A stretch of DNA of 64,000 bases from Bacilli bacterium (GTDB lineage Bacteria; Bacillota_I; Bacilli_A; RFN20; CAG-449), in the NCBI GenBank assembly GCA_900755065.1, contig CAAEFC010000040.1, forward strand, positions 23,812-87,811, read 5' to 3'. This document shows positions 38,453 to 48,369 of this stretch, one piece after another. The notes below the pieces were generated by a model. That model did not search any database and had not been told where the DNA came from. It saw only the letters and a list, made by a program, of their open reading frames with translations. The stretch's first letter is position 1; each line of letters begins with the position of its first letter. A program made the translations under genes and the position numbers.

Positions 38453-38899
38453 ATGAAAATCATTTTATTGCAGGACGTAAAGTCGGTCGGAAAGAAAAAT
38501 CAGATCGTCGAAGTCTCCGACGGTTATGCGCAGAATTACCTGATTCCGCGCCGTTTGGCGGTAAAATCGACCGCGGCGGGTCTGGAAGTCAGAGACCGGC
38601 AGATTCAGAACGAAAAGGAAGAATGGGCCAAAAAGAAGGCGCAGGCGGAAGAGACAGCCGAAAAGATGAAAGAGATCGTCCTCGAATTTACGGCGCCGTC
38701 GAGCAAAGACGGAAGAATGATGGGAACCATTTCTCAGAAACAGGTGGTGGAAGCGCTGAAAGAAAAGTATCAGATCGCCGTCGACAAGCGAAAATTCGTC
38801 GACAAATACGCGATCAACGCGTTCGGTTACACCAACCTGAAAATCGAATTGTTCAAGGACGTAACGGCGACGATCAGAGTACACGTCAGCGAAAAATAG
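38453..38899 (+). CDS. rplI: 50S ribosomal protein L9
   Basis: MKIILLQDVKSVGKKNQIVEVSDGYAQNYLIPRRLA. Confidence 0.95.
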   Translation: MKIILLQDVKSVGKKNQIVEVSDGYAQNYLIPRRLAVKSTAAGLEVRDRQIQNEKEEWAKKKAQAEETAEKMKEIVLEFTAPSSKDGRMMGTISQKQVVEALKEKYQIAVDKRKFVDKYAINAFGYTNLKIELFKDVTATIRVHVSEK

Positions 38900-38911
38900 T
38901 CGGGAAGTTTT

Positions 38912-40315
38912 ATGGCTGAAATCGAATTTTACAACAATACATACGAGGCGGAAAAAGCAGTTCTCGGCGCGATGCTCTGCTCCAAAAACGCAAGAGACGA
39001 AATTGCTTCCACGCTGGAAGACAAGGATTTCGTTCATCCCAAGCACCAATTGATTTTTCAGGCGGTTTCCGCTTTGGTTACGTTGGGCTATGAAGTCGAT
39101 ATTCCCGTCGTCGTCACGCAACTCGATACGGCGATGAAAGTGCTCGATAAAGTCGGAGGAATCGAATACCTTTACGAATTGACGGATTCCTACATCGGCG
39201 ACAGCAACGCGTTTTTCCATGTCCGGATTATCAAGGACGCTTCGTTGGCACGGCGTTTAATCGCAACGATGCAGAGTTGCATCGACGGAATGAAAAAGGA
39301 AAAGATTCAGGACGTGTCGCAGTATATCGCCGAATGCGAAAACAAAGTTCTCGCCGTCACGCAAGCCCGGAGAGTCGCGGAATTCGTAACGGCGCAGGAA
39401 GTCGTCAATCAGGTGACGTATAAACTGAAAATCGAGAAGAACGAAGAAAAAACCAATAAGTACTGCATCGGCATCCCTACCGGATACGAAAGCCTCGACC
39501 GGTATACGCAAGGCTGGCAAAAAGGCAACTTCATCATTCTCGCGGCGCGTCCGAGCGTGGGAAAAACCGCGTTGGCCATCAATCTGATTTTCAATGCGGC
39601 GAATCTGACCAATCGCCCTGTGGCTTTCTTTTCGTTGGAAATGGACGCGGAATCGATTTGCCGAAGGCTGATTTCTTCGGTGGCGGGGATCAATTCCACC
39701 TTTTTGTCTTCGGGCAATCTGCAACCCGACGATTGGCTCGCGTTGGACGTTGCCAGCACGAAATTGAAAAAAACGCAGATTTTCATCGACGATACCGCGT
39801 CGATTCGATTAAACGATATCCGGACAAAGTCCAAAAAATTAAAGGCGTCTCATCCCGATCTGGCAGCAATCTTCATCGACTATCTCGGGCTCATCACGAC
39901 GAATGCAAAACTCGGAGAAGTATCGAGAGCGAACGAAGTCGGGGAGATTTCCCGTTCGATCAAGGCGTTGGCGCGCGAACTCGATCTTCCGATCATCTGT
40001 CTGAGCCAGTTGTCCAGAGCAAACGAAAAGAGCGCCAGACAGCCGATTCTTTCCGATTTGCGGGATTCCGGTTCGATCGAACAAGATGCCGATCAGGTTC
40101 TTTTCATACACAGAGACGATTACCAGAAACCGGAAAAACAGCAGGAAGAGGCCAAGAACAATGAAAACGCGGATAGCGACGGCGCTTATGATGTCTCCAA
40201 GCCGACGAAGATCATCATTGCCAAAAACCGAAACGGAAAAACCGGGACGATTGAATTGCAGTTTTTGATGAACATCGGAAAGTTCATCGAAGTAGGCGGA
40301 GAAAACAAACAATGA
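38912..40315 (+). CDS. dnaB: Replicative DNA helicase
   Basis: N-terminal AEKAVLGAML, Walker A ILAARPSVGKTA, and LSQLSRANEK / RDSGSIEQDAD motifs. Confidence 0.95.
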   Translation: MAEIEFYNNTYEAEKAVLGAMLCSKNARDEIASTLEDKDFVHPKHQLIFQAVSALVTLGYEVDIPVVVTQLDTAMKVLDKVGGIEYLYELTDSYIGDSNAFFHVRIIKDASLARRLIATMQSCIDGMKKEKIQDVSQYIAECENKVLAVTQARRVAEFVTAQEVVNQVTYKLKIEKNEEKTNKYCIGIPTGYESLDRYTQGWQKGNFIILAARPSVGKTALAINLIFNAANLTNRPVAFFSLEMDAESICRRLISSVAGINSTFLSSGNLQPDDWLALDVASTKLKKTQIFIDDTASIRLNDIRTKSKKLKASHPDLAAIFIDYLGLITTNAKLGEVSRANEVGEISRSIKALARELDLPIICLSQLSRANEKSARQPILSDLRDSGSIEQDADQVLFIHRDDYQKPEKQQEEAKNNENADSDGAYDVSKPTKIIIAKNRNGKTGTIELQFLMNIGKFIEVGGENKQ

Positions 40316-41115
40316 AGTATTCTATTTTTGAGTCGGGATCGAAAGGCAACTGCACCCTGATCGAATCGGAGGGGAGATATCTTCTCATCGATGCGGGAAT
40401 TTCCAAAAAAAAATTGAAAGCGAAACTGGAACAGATCGGTAAGACGATGGAAGACATCAATCATGTGCTGATCACGCATAATCACAGCGATCACATTTCC
40501 GGAATCGATGCGTTTCCCAAAGAAATGCTTTATTCTACCTACGAAGTACTTTATTCTATCTATAAAGTGCTTTATCCTACCTATGCGACTCTTCCGGATA
40601 TTCCTTTGGCGAATCAGTTGATTCCCTATCAGACTTACCGCATCAACGGCTTCGACGTTCTGGTCATTCCGACTTCGCACGATACAGACGGCTCTGTCGG
40701 TTTTTCGATCGGAGACGGAAAAGAGACATTGGTTTATGTGACGGATACCGGTTATCTTTACGAAAAATCCGTCGACTTGATCGGGAATGCCGATTATTAC
40801 ATCTTTGAATCCAATCACAATGTCAAGGCGTTGATCGAAAGCGATCGGCCGCAGTCGCTGAAAAAACGAATTATGGGCGATTACGGTCATCTTTCCAACG
40901 AGGACAGCGCAAACTATCTGTGCGATGTGGTCGGAGAGAAAACCAGAGAGATCGTACTGGCGCACCTGTCGGAAGAGGTCAACAGTCCGGAACTCGCTCT
41001 GGCGGATCTGATGAAAGTTTTCAAAAAGCGCGGCGTGGATTTCGATCGGTTTCGGATCCGATGCGCCAGTCAGACGGAAACCGTCTCCGGCGGAGAGGAT
41101 TTCGTTCGGATATGA
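40312..41115 (+). CDS. MBL-fold metallo-hydrolase (YycJ-like)
   Basis: HNHSDH metal-binding motif and a DTG...HLS pattern. Overlaps the dnaB stop and the rlmH start. Confidence 0.8.
   Translation: MKYSIFESGSKGNCTLIESEGRYLLIDAGISKKKLKAKLEQIGKTMEDINHVLITHNHSDHISGIDAFPKEMLYSTYEVLYSIYKVLYPTYATLPDIPLANQLIPYQTYRINGFDVLVIPTSHDTDGSVGFSIGDGKETLVYVTDTGYLYEKSVDLIGNADYYIFESNHNVKALIESDRPQSLKKRIMGDYGHLSNEDSANYLCDVVGEKTREIVLAHLSEEVNSPELALADLMKVFKKRGVDFDRFRIRCASQTETVSGGEDFVRI
40527..40589 (+). repeat. Imperfect 21-bp x3 in-frame tandem repeat inside the MBL-fold gene
   Basis: CTTTATTCTACCTACGAAGTA / CTTTATTCTATCTATAAAGTG / CTTTATCCTACCTATGCGACT, encoding LYSTYEV-LYSIYKV-LYPTYAT. Confidence 0.85.
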
Positions 41116-41588
41116 TCCGCGTCAGAATTCTCGCCGTAGGAAAAGTCAAGGAGAGTTTTCATCGGGAAGAAATCACTGAATATGTCAAAAGACTGAGCCG
41201 GTATTGCAAACTTTCCGTTACGGAAATCGAGGAAGAGAAAATCCGCGATTCCGGTGAAACCTCTGTTTGGCAGGCGTTGGAAAAAGAAGGGGAAAATCTG
41301 CTGAATCAGATCGGGAAAGACGATTATGTCGTTCTTCTTGACCTTCGGGGGAAGGAAATGACAAGCGAAGAGTTTGCCGCGCGGATGGAGGAACTGACGA
41401 GTCGGGGAAAAAGCATCGTCTTTGTCATCGGTTCCTCGTACGGCCTGTCCGATGCGCTTCGCAAACGGAGCGATCTATCCCTGTGCCTGTCGAGAATGAC
41501 GTTCACGCACCCGATGGCGCGCGTACTGATTCTGGAACAGATTTACCGCAGTTTTAAGATCAACGCGAACGAAACGTATCACAAATAG
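41112..41588 (+). CDS. rlmH: 23S rRNA (pseudouridine1915-N3)-methyltransferase
   Basis: MIRVRILAVGKVKE...SPOUT fold...IGSSYGLS...LSLSRMTFTHPMARVLILEQIYRSF. ATG at 41112 overlaps the upstream stop (ATGA). Confidence 0.9.
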   Translation: MIRVRILAVGKVKESFHREEITEYVKRLSRYCKLSVTEIEEEKIRDSGETSVWQALEKEGENLLNQIGKDDYVVLLDLRGKEMTSEEFAARMEELTSRGKSIVFVIGSSYGLSDALRKRSDLSLCLSRMTFTHPMARVLILEQIYRSFKINANETYHK

Positions 41589-41599
41589 GAAGAGAGAAT

Positions 41600-44500
41600 A
41601 TGGAACAGACAAAAGGATTCAAGGAAAACAAGTATTATCAGAAAATCGTTTCTTCGGAACCGTATCGCGCGGTCGTCCGCTTTTTGAATCGCGGCAATGT
41701 TAAATTTGTTCTATTCCTGTACCTGATCAGTTTCTTTCTGTTCGGCATTACGCTGATCAACAATTCTTTTACCATTCCGGTCAACGGCGATTTTGTCTTA
41801 CAGGAGATTCCGTTTTATTTCAACGGCTTCGACGATTGGTGGAGTTATCTGACCTCGGGGAAATTCGTCCTGTGGGACGAAAATACCAATCTGGGCGTCA
41901 ACAATATCGGTTCCAACAGTTTTTATTATCTGTTAGACATCTTCTTCCTTCCTACGCTTTTGGTTCCGCGTTCTCTGGTGCCGCAGATGCAGGCGTTCCT
42001 GATCATGAGCAAAATGGTTCTTTCGGGATATCTGATGAAACGGCTTCTGGAACTCTTCAAGGTCAGTAACGAGACATCCGAGATGATCGGCGTGGCGTAC
42101 GCTTTTTCCGGGTGGTCGCTGTATTATCTATGGTTCAATCATTTTCTGGAAATCACGATCCTTCTGCCGTTAGTGATGTACGGAATCGAAGTCCTTCTAA
42201 GGACGCGGAAGCCGGCGAAACTGATCCTTTCGCTCTTTCTTTCGGCGATGACCAATTATTTCTTTTTCATCATGATTTGTTTCTGTACCGTGATTTACGC
42301 GGTTTTCCGTTACTTTCAGTTATGGTCGGGATACAGCAAGAGAGAAAGAGGCGAAATCATCGGTCTTGGAATCGCCGCGTATGCGGTAGGCATCGTTCTT
42401 TCTCTCATCGTTCTGCTTCCGGCTTTTTCGGTGGCTTTGAATTCGTCGAGAGCCTCTTCGTCTTCTTACACCGAAGTGGTCAGGCAAAGCATTCAGGCTA
42501 TCTGGACTTCCTTGAAAAACGGCGATTTTTCCTTAGTCCTTCACAATGTCAAGGCGCTGATTTCCAATCTGTTCTATTTTACCAAAGGAAGCAGTTCCAG
42601 CACGTCGATCATCAGCAATATCGCCCGCGTTTACCTGTATCCGCTGGTGAGTTTTTTCTATCCGACGGTATCCTGCAACGATCATATTCTCATCAATAAC
42701 ACCGGTTACGACAATGCGTTGAGTTCGTTGTTTTTGTATACGCCGGTGATGCTCATGATCATTCCTTCGATTTTGCAGAGTTTCCGTCAGAAGAAGATCT
42801 CTCACATCGTCGGAACAATCGGAATGCTGGTTTTGATTTTTACTCCTTTTGCGTATTATTGTTTTTCGGGATTCACGAACATCGCTTACGGAAGGTGGCA
42901 ATTGTTCCCGGTCGTCTGCATGTTTCTCTATGCCGGAATCAGTTTCGATCGCCGCGAAAAGATGAAACCTTGGTTTCTGGATATTTCATTCGTCGTCTGT
43001 CTCGGCATGGAAATCCTGCTTCTCTATCTTTGCAAGAATCTGCAAGGGACGAGTTCGGTTCAGGACATGGACGTCGACGCGACCAATGTGGTTTATGCGC
43101 AGATGGCGTATCTGGTTGTCTTGTTCGCTTATATGCGGTGGAAGTTCAGAAACCGCGAATTGGCGGGAACGCTGAAATGGGTAATCGCGGTAGAAGCGAT
43201 CGTCTCCTGCAATTTGCTTCTGGGTTTTTCGATCAATCTCGGCGGAGACGAATTGTACGTCGGATTCTTCGGAACTTCTTCTTACGACGAACTTTACGGA
43301 GGAAGAGAAAGCCTGAAAGCCGAACAGAAACTGCTTGAACAAATCAAAAAAGAAGACGAGTCCTACTACCGGATATACAATACTTCTCTATCGCGGAACA
43401 GCAACAATCTGGGCATGGTGGAAAATTACAACGGATTAGGCTCCTTTCACTCCATTTACGGTTACGAACTGAACGATTTCCTGCAATGGACGCACTTCAC
43501 CTACGATTGCGGAAACGGAAGTTGGTCGATGGGCGACCACGAAAAAAAGATCAATCTGGAAAACTTTCTCAACGTCAAGTATTACATTCTGAATCAGGAC
43601 GATACCAACGTTCCTTTCGGACTGACGAAAATTCTCGAAGAAGACGGAAAAGCGGTTTATCGGAACGACAATTTCGTTCCTCTGGGATTCAATTTCGATT
43701 CGATCGTCAGTGCCGATTATATTTCGGGATTGATGCAAAGCACTTATTACAACAGTTACTATCTCAGTTTGTCGTCGTATACGGGTTATGTGCCGAAATT
43801 GGAATATTTGCTCACCGATCAGGCGATTCTTTACGAAGAAGACGCTACGCGGATTATCGAACAGTATCCGGATTTGAATTACAGCGATAGCATCGATTTC
43901 AGTAATTATTTTCGCGGAGTCATTTCTACGCGGACGATTTCCAACAGCGATGTAACCATTCACGCGGCGAAATGGGACGACGGGCCGGGCGGAACAGGCG
44001 CTTTCCTCAATGAATGGGACGAATACAACGGATACACTTCGGCTCGTGCGACGGCGTTGAAATGGAATTCGGAACTGATCGTTAATCTGACTTCTCCTCT
44101 TGCTCCGGACGCTTCCACGCGCGGAGGGGCATACATTACGCTGACGGAACGAATGGGGGAAAACTTAATCATTACGTTATACGATCAGGAGGGAAATGAA
44201 ATCTGTTCTGATCGGCATATGACGCATTATTACGATAAGTCAGGGGATAAAAAGTATGAGCGCGGTTTCTACGTCGACCGTCCGGTTTACAAAATCGTGG
44301 TAACCGTCAAGGACACGTTCAAATCCACTGCGGTTTTAGCCAAGCCGAACGCGACGGTGCAATATTACGACAGTTATCTCGAATCGATCGAAAAGCAGAA
44401 GCAATGCGCTTTCACCAATATTACGCGCGAGACGAACCGATACAGTTTCAACAGCAGTCAGAGTGAAAACAAAGTAGCGGTTCTAACGATTCCTTATGAT

Positions 44501-44767
44501 ACCGGCTGGACGTTGACGAGGATCGACAAAGACGGAAACGAAGAGGAAATCGAAATGTTCAAAGGACAGGGCGGATTCCTATCGTTTATCAACGAAAAGG
44601 GCGACTATCGGTATCGTCTGGATTATCTGACGCCGTATCTGTACGAAGGCTGTCTCGGATTCATCGCCGGAAGCATGCTTTTCGCAGGAATGTACTATTC
44701 GCTTCACATCGTGCGCGACGATAAGGAATTCATCGCCCGGGCGACGCGGGGAATGACGAAGAATTAA
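41600..44767 (+). CDS. Large polytopic membrane protein, YfhO-family-like (putative glycan/teichoic-acid glycosylation protein)
   Basis: 1055 aa. About 14 hydrophobic helices in the first 520 aa, a large extracytoplasmic domain and a terminal TM helix. The N-terminal pattern (QEIPFY...W...NLG.NNIGSNSFYYL...F) resembles YfhO. Confidence 0.6.
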   Translation: MEQTKGFKENKYYQKIVSSEPYRAVVRFLNRGNVKFVLFLYLISFFLFGITLINNSFTIPVNGDFVLQEIPFYFNGFDDWWSYLTSGKFVLWDENTNLGVNNIGSNSFYYLLDIFFLPTLLVPRSLVPQMQAFLIMSKMVLSGYLMKRLLELFKVSNETSEMIGVAYAFSGWSLYYLWFNHFLEITILLPLVMYGIEVLLRTRKPAKLILSLFLSAMTNYFFFIMICFCTVIYAVFRYFQLWSGYSKRERGEIIGLGIAAYAVGIVLSLIVLLPAFSVALNSSRASSSSYTEVVRQSIQAIWTSLKNGDFSLVLHNVKALISNLFYFTKGSSSSTSIISNIARVYLYPLVSFFYPTVSCNDHILINNTGYDNALSSLFLYTPVMLMIIPSILQSFRQKKISHIVGTIGMLVLIFTPFAYYCFSGFTNIAYGRWQLFPVVCMFLYAGISFDRREKMKPWFLDISFVVCLGMEILLLYLCKNLQGTSSVQDMDVDATNVVYAQMAYLVVLFAYMRWKFRNRELAGTLKWVIAVEAIVSCNLLLGFSINLGGDELYVGFFGTSSYDELYGGRESLKAEQKLLEQIKKEDESYYRIYNTSLSRNSNNLGMVENYNGLGSFHSIYGYELNDFLQWTHFTYDCGNGSWSMGDHEKKINLENFLNVKYYILNQDDTNVPFGLTKILEEDGKAVYRNDNFVPLGFNFDSIVSADYISGLMQSTYYNSYYLSLSSYTGYVPKLEYLLTDQAILYEEDATRIIEQYPDLNYSDSIDFSNYFRGVISTRTISNSDVTIHAAKWDDGPGGTGAFLNEWDEYNGYTSARATALKWNSELIVNLTSPLAPDASTRGGAYITLTERMGENLIITLYDQEGNEICSDRHMTHYYDKSGDKKYERGFYVDRPVYKIVVTVKDTFKSTAVLAKPNATVQYYDSYLESIEKQKQCAFTNITRETNRYSFNSSQSENKVAVLTIPYDTGWTLTRIDKDGNEEEIEMFKGQGGFLSFINEKGDYRYRLDYLTPYLYEGCLGFIAGSMLFAGMYYSLHIVRDDKEFIARATRGMTKN

Positions 44768-45519
44768 AGGGTTTCCAGAATAATCATCAGGCAGAAGCCG
44801 AGAATGAAGGCCCAGACTCCGTAAAGAGGCTGGCCTTCTTTTTTCGATCCGGGAATCAGTTCGTCGATGGTGATGTAAATCATCGCGCCGCCGGCAAAAG
44901 AAAGAAGCCATGGCAGCAGGAAGTCGATATTGACGGAAAGAAACAATCCGATCAGGCCGAAAATCGGTTCGACGATTCCGGAAAGAACCCCGAGCAGAAA
45001 AGATTTTCCCTTCGACAGTCCGGATTCGTAAAGCGTCAGAGATACGGCAAGCGATTCGGGAATGTTCTGCAAGGCAATGCCGATCGTCAGGCTGATCGCA
45101 CTAAGAAGATAAGTCGGATCAGAAGAGCAGAGGCTCAGAGAGTAACTTAATCCGATCGCCAGACCTTCCGGGATATTGTGCGTGGTGACGGCGGTAAAAA
45201 ATTTGACGTTTCCTTTCTTTTTTCCGGAGCGGGAGAGTCCGAAATCGAGAAAAAACAGAAAGAACGAGCCGAGAAGAATCCCGGATACGACGGGTATAAA
45301 AGAAAGACGGTATTGGGAGGCACTGCTGTCGATGGCCGGAATAATCAGACCAAAAATCGAAGCGCTGAACATAATTCCGGAAGTAAAGCCGAAAATCATG
45401 TTGGAAACGCGTTCTTTTAAATTTCTTTTCAGAAGAAAAACCATTCCCGACCCCAGCGCGGTCGCGAAAAAGATCGCGGTTAAAGAGAGAAAAGCCAGAT
45501 GATAGGCGTTCATTCGCAC
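44764..45519 (-). CDS. ZIP family metal (zinc) transporter
   Basis: HNIPEGLAIG and QNIPESLAV signature helices. 251 aa. Confidence 0.88.
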   Translation of the reverse strand: MRMNAYHLAFLSLTAIFFATALGSGMVFLLKRNLKERVSNMIFGFTSGIMFSASIFGLIIPAIDSSASQYRLSFIPVVSGILLGSFFLFFLDFGLSRSGKKKGNVKFFTAVTTHNIPEGLAIGLSYSLSLCSSDPTYLLSAISLTIGIALQNIPESLAVSLTLYESGLSKGKSFLLGVLSGIVEPIFGLIGLFLSVNIDFLLPWLLSFAGGAMIYITIDELIPGSKKEGQPLYGVWAFILGFCLMIILETL

Positions 45520-45644
45520 ACCTCCACAGTATAATATGTAAATGGAAAAAAGGTGCGACCGAATGCGGATCGGAAATCAAAAAAAGGGCCGCCTATCGCC
45601 GATCAACGATGTCAAAAAAAGGGCGGTTTTTCCTGGAAAAGGCG

Positions 45645-45674
45645 ATAAAAAAATCCGCAGGGAACCGAGCGGAT
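45645..45674 (-). terminator. Rho-independent terminator after rsmI (minus strand)
   Basis: On the minus strand, ATCCGC...GCGGAT stem followed by T7, directly after the rsmI stop. Confidence 0.65.
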
Positions 45675-45680
45675 CGGGCA

Positions 45681-46538
45681 TCAGATATTCTTTTTATTCC
45701 ATTGAACAGCGAGTTGATAAACGCGGTTTTTTTTCAGCGCATAGGTTTCGCTGATCTTTTTTACGGCGTCGCTGAAACGCATTCCTGCTTCGATTTCCTG
45801 CTTGATGAGCGAAAGAATTTCTTCGTCGCTCAAAGTCGGCTGAACGGAATTACCTTCGACGACGACGACCATTTCGCCTTTGACAGAGGAAAAATCGAAG
45901 TCAACGAATTCGCTGAGCGAACCGCGCAGGTATTCTTCGTAGAGTTTGGTGATTTCCCGGGCAATGCAGGCTTTTCGGTCTCCGAGTACATGAAAGAGGT
46001 TCTGCATCGTCGAAGCGATGCGATGCGGCGCTTCATAAAAAATCATCGTTTCCGTTTTGTCTTTGACTTTTTCGATTTCCCGGATCCGTTCGCTTTCTTT
46101 CGCCGGAAGAAATCCGTGAAAATAGAAATGGTCGGTGCAAAGCCCCGAACCGATCAAAGCGGGGATGAAGGCGTTAGCGCCGTTGATGATCGAAACGGCG
46201 ATGTCGTTTTCGATGCAATGCCGGATAAGGATCGCGCCGGGATCGGAAATTCCGGGATAGCCCGCGTCGCTGGTCAAAGCGGCTTTTTTATTCGTTTTCA
46301 GCATTGCGACGATCTTTTCGCTCGCCTGCTGTTCATTGTGCTGATGACAGGAAACGAAGGGTTTCTCGATACCGAAGGATTTTAGCAAGAGCGCGGTCGT
46401 CCGGGTGTCTTCGCTGCAAATGAAATCGACGCTTTTCAAAACGTCGACGGCGCGCGGGGAAAGTTCGGCAAGATTTCCGATCGGCGTGGCGACGACGTAG
46501 AGAACGGCTTCTTCAAAATTGGACCGGATTCGCTGCAT
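45681..46538 (-). CDS. rsmI: 16S rRNA (cytidine1402-2'-O)-methyltransferase
   Basis: Homology begins at MQRIRSNFEEAVLYVVATPIGNLAELSPRA. The tracked 399-aa ORF has a basic, low-complexity extension that overlaps yaaT, so the start is set to the ATG at 46538, overlapping the yaaT stop. Confidence 0.9.
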   Translation of the reverse strand: MQRIRSNFEEAVLYVVATPIGNLAELSPRAVDVLKSVDFICSEDTRTTALLLKSFGIEKPFVSCHQHNEQQASEKIVAMLKTNKKAALTSDAGYPGISDPGAILIRHCIENDIAVSIINGANAFIPALIGSGLCTDHFYFHGFLPAKESERIREIEKVKDKTETMIFYEAPHRIASTMQNLFHVLGDRKACIAREITKLYEEYLRGSLSEFVDFDFSSVKGEMVVVVEGNSVQPTLSDEEILSLIKQEIEAGMRFSDAVKKISETYALKKNRVYQLAVQWNKKNI

Positions 46539-47383
46539 CAGTGATCCTTTCCGCCGCTTAAAGGCGTTTCTTTGCTGACGATCGCGTCCTTGATCGCGTC
46601 GTAATCGACGTTGACCGCGCTGTTTTTGTTTTCCAGGCGGACGACGCGGGTGATGACGTTGATCGAAGCGATGCGGTAAATCAGCCCTTCGTAGGAAACT
46701 TTCGTTCCGATCCGCGGCAAATCCTTCTGCAAGTCGGTGTACGTGTCGTTTTCGTATTTGAGGCAACACATCAGTTTTCCGCATTGACCGGATAGTTTCG
46801 GTATATTCAGGGCGAGCATCTGATTCTTCGCCATCGTGATCGTGATGCCGTCGAATTCGTTGAGGAACGTGGCACAGCAAAGTTTGAGGCCGCAGACGCC
46901 GATTCCGCCGATCATTTTAGCCTTATCGCGCGAACCGATTTGACGAAGTTCGATCCGGCAACGGAGTTGGGAAGCGAGATCTTTCAGCAATTCGCGGAAG
47001 TCGACGCGGGATTCTGCCAGATAATAGATGATCACTTTGGTGCAATCGAACAGATATTCGGCGGCGATGACTTTCATGTCGAGATTGAGACGGTCGGCTT
47101 TTTCCTGAGCGATGCGGATCGCCTGTTCGCCTTTGACGAGATTCTGCTGATGAATCCGGTAGTCGGTTTCATCTCCTTTTCGGAGAACAGGCGGGTATTC
47201 TTCGGGAGAAAACTGCGCCTTTTCGATCGGATCCGAAGACACTTTGCCGATTTCGATTCCTCTCGTCGTTTCGCAAAGGACCAGATCGCCTTTCCTGTAA
47301 TCTTCGTTTCCAACGCGAAAATAAAAGGTCTTTCCCATTGAAAGCAGGGTGACGGCCAATAATCTGACTTCTTTATTTCCCAT
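46538..47383 (-). CDS. yaaT: PSP1-domain protein YaaT/RicT
   Basis: GKTFYFRVGNEDYRKGDLVLCETTRGIEIGKV...GGIGVCGLKLCCATFL PSP1 motif. Conserved position between holB and rsmI. Confidence 0.88.
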   Translation of the reverse strand: MGNKEVRLLAVTLLSMGKTFYFRVGNEDYRKGDLVLCETTRGIEIGKVSSDPIEKAQFSPEEYPPVLRKGDETDYRIHQQNLVKGEQAIRIAQEKADRLNLDMKVIAAEYLFDCTKVIIYYLAESRVDFRELLKDLASQLRCRIELRQIGSRDKAKMIGGIGVCGLKLCCATFLNEFDGITITMAKNQMLALNIPKLSGQCGKLMCCLKYENDTYTDLQKDLPRIGTKVSYEGLIYRIASINVITRVVRLENKNSAVNVDYDAIKDAIVSKETPLSGGKDH

Positions 47384-48368
47384 CGGTAATTCCTCCTTTG
47401 ATCATCGAAATAAAAAGATGCTCCAATAACAGACTGATCGAAACATTTGATTCAATTTTACCACGCGCGAGCATGATTTCCGAATAAATTTGATCGACAT
47501 TCTCAATCTTTTTCGCCAATCGGGTCAAAACGGGGGAATAAATTTCCAAAGTCGCCTTCTGATTGTTCCGGATATACAGGATATCCTTGAAAACCAACGA
47601 CAGCAGATCGATGAAAAGTCGCGCCTGCTCTTTCGTCTTGATCCGGGAAATCAATTCGCTTTGCGCGTAAAAAAGCCCTTTGTAAAACGATTCGTCGAGC
47701 GCGTCGAGCGCGTCGGAAAGGCATTCCTTGGCTGTTTTGTACTTTTCGTCTTCCAACGTGGCAAGAATCGTTTCCGTGTGATTGTACAGCGCGGAAAGAA
47801 TCTCCGCGTCGTCGATTGAAACGCCTTTTTCCGCCAGTTCTTCGCGAAGCGCCTCTTTTCCGGAAGGCAGCAGGTTGAGAATCTGGCAACGGGAAAGAAT
47901 CGTCGGCAGAAGGCGGGAATCGTTTCGGGTAGTAATGAACGCGTAGACGTTTTCGTAAGGTTCTTCCAGCGTTTTTAAAAGCGCGTTCAACGTTTCCTTG
48001 TTGGAATTTTCCAGACAGTGAATCACGTAAATTTTTTTACCGCTTCGCTCCATGCAGGAAGAGGAAAGAAACGCCTGTAATTCTTCGATGTCGGAGACTT
48101 TCAGCGTGCGTTTTTCGCCGTCCAGAAGCATGAAGTCGGAGTAATTGCCCTCTTCAAAACGGAGGCAGTTCAGACAGGACGAACAAGCCAGCGGAGACGC
48201 ATTCTCGCAAACCAGAGATTTTGCCAGAAATCTTGCGGTTTCCAGAACCGGCGCGCCCTCGTTTCCTTTGATCAGATACGTCTGGGCGATCTTCTTGTTT
48301 CGGACGGCGTTGGAGAAGATGCGAAAGACGAGAGGCTGTCGGGTTTCGAGATACGTTTTGAAATCCAT
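47373..48368 (-). CDS. holB: DNA polymerase III subunit delta'
   Basis: AAA+-like N-terminus with a zinc module (CENASPLACSSCLNC) and LKTLEEP / ILSRCQ motifs. Confidence 0.88.
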   Translation of the reverse strand: MDFKTYLETRQPLVFRIFSNAVRNKKIAQTYLIKGNEGAPVLETARFLAKSLVCENASPLACSSCLNCLRFEEGNYSDFMLLDGEKRTLKVSDIEELQAFLSSSCMERSGKKIYVIHCLENSNKETLNALLKTLEEPYENVYAFITTRNDSRLLPTILSRCQILNLLPSGKEALREELAEKGVSIDDAEILSALYNHTETILATLEDEKYKTAKECLSDALDALDESFYKGLFYAQSELISRIKTKEQARLFIDLLSLVFKDILYIRNNQKATLEIYSPVLTRLAKKIENVDQIYSEIMLARGKIESNVSISLLLEHLFISMIKGGITDGK

Positions 48369-48369
48369 T

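Noticed and set aside
46539-46880. 114-codon N-terminal extension of rsmI in tracked ORF 45681..46880.
   Set aside because: The extension is extremely basic and low-complexity and lies entirely within yaaT in another frame. RsmI homology starts at MQRIRSNFEE (46538).
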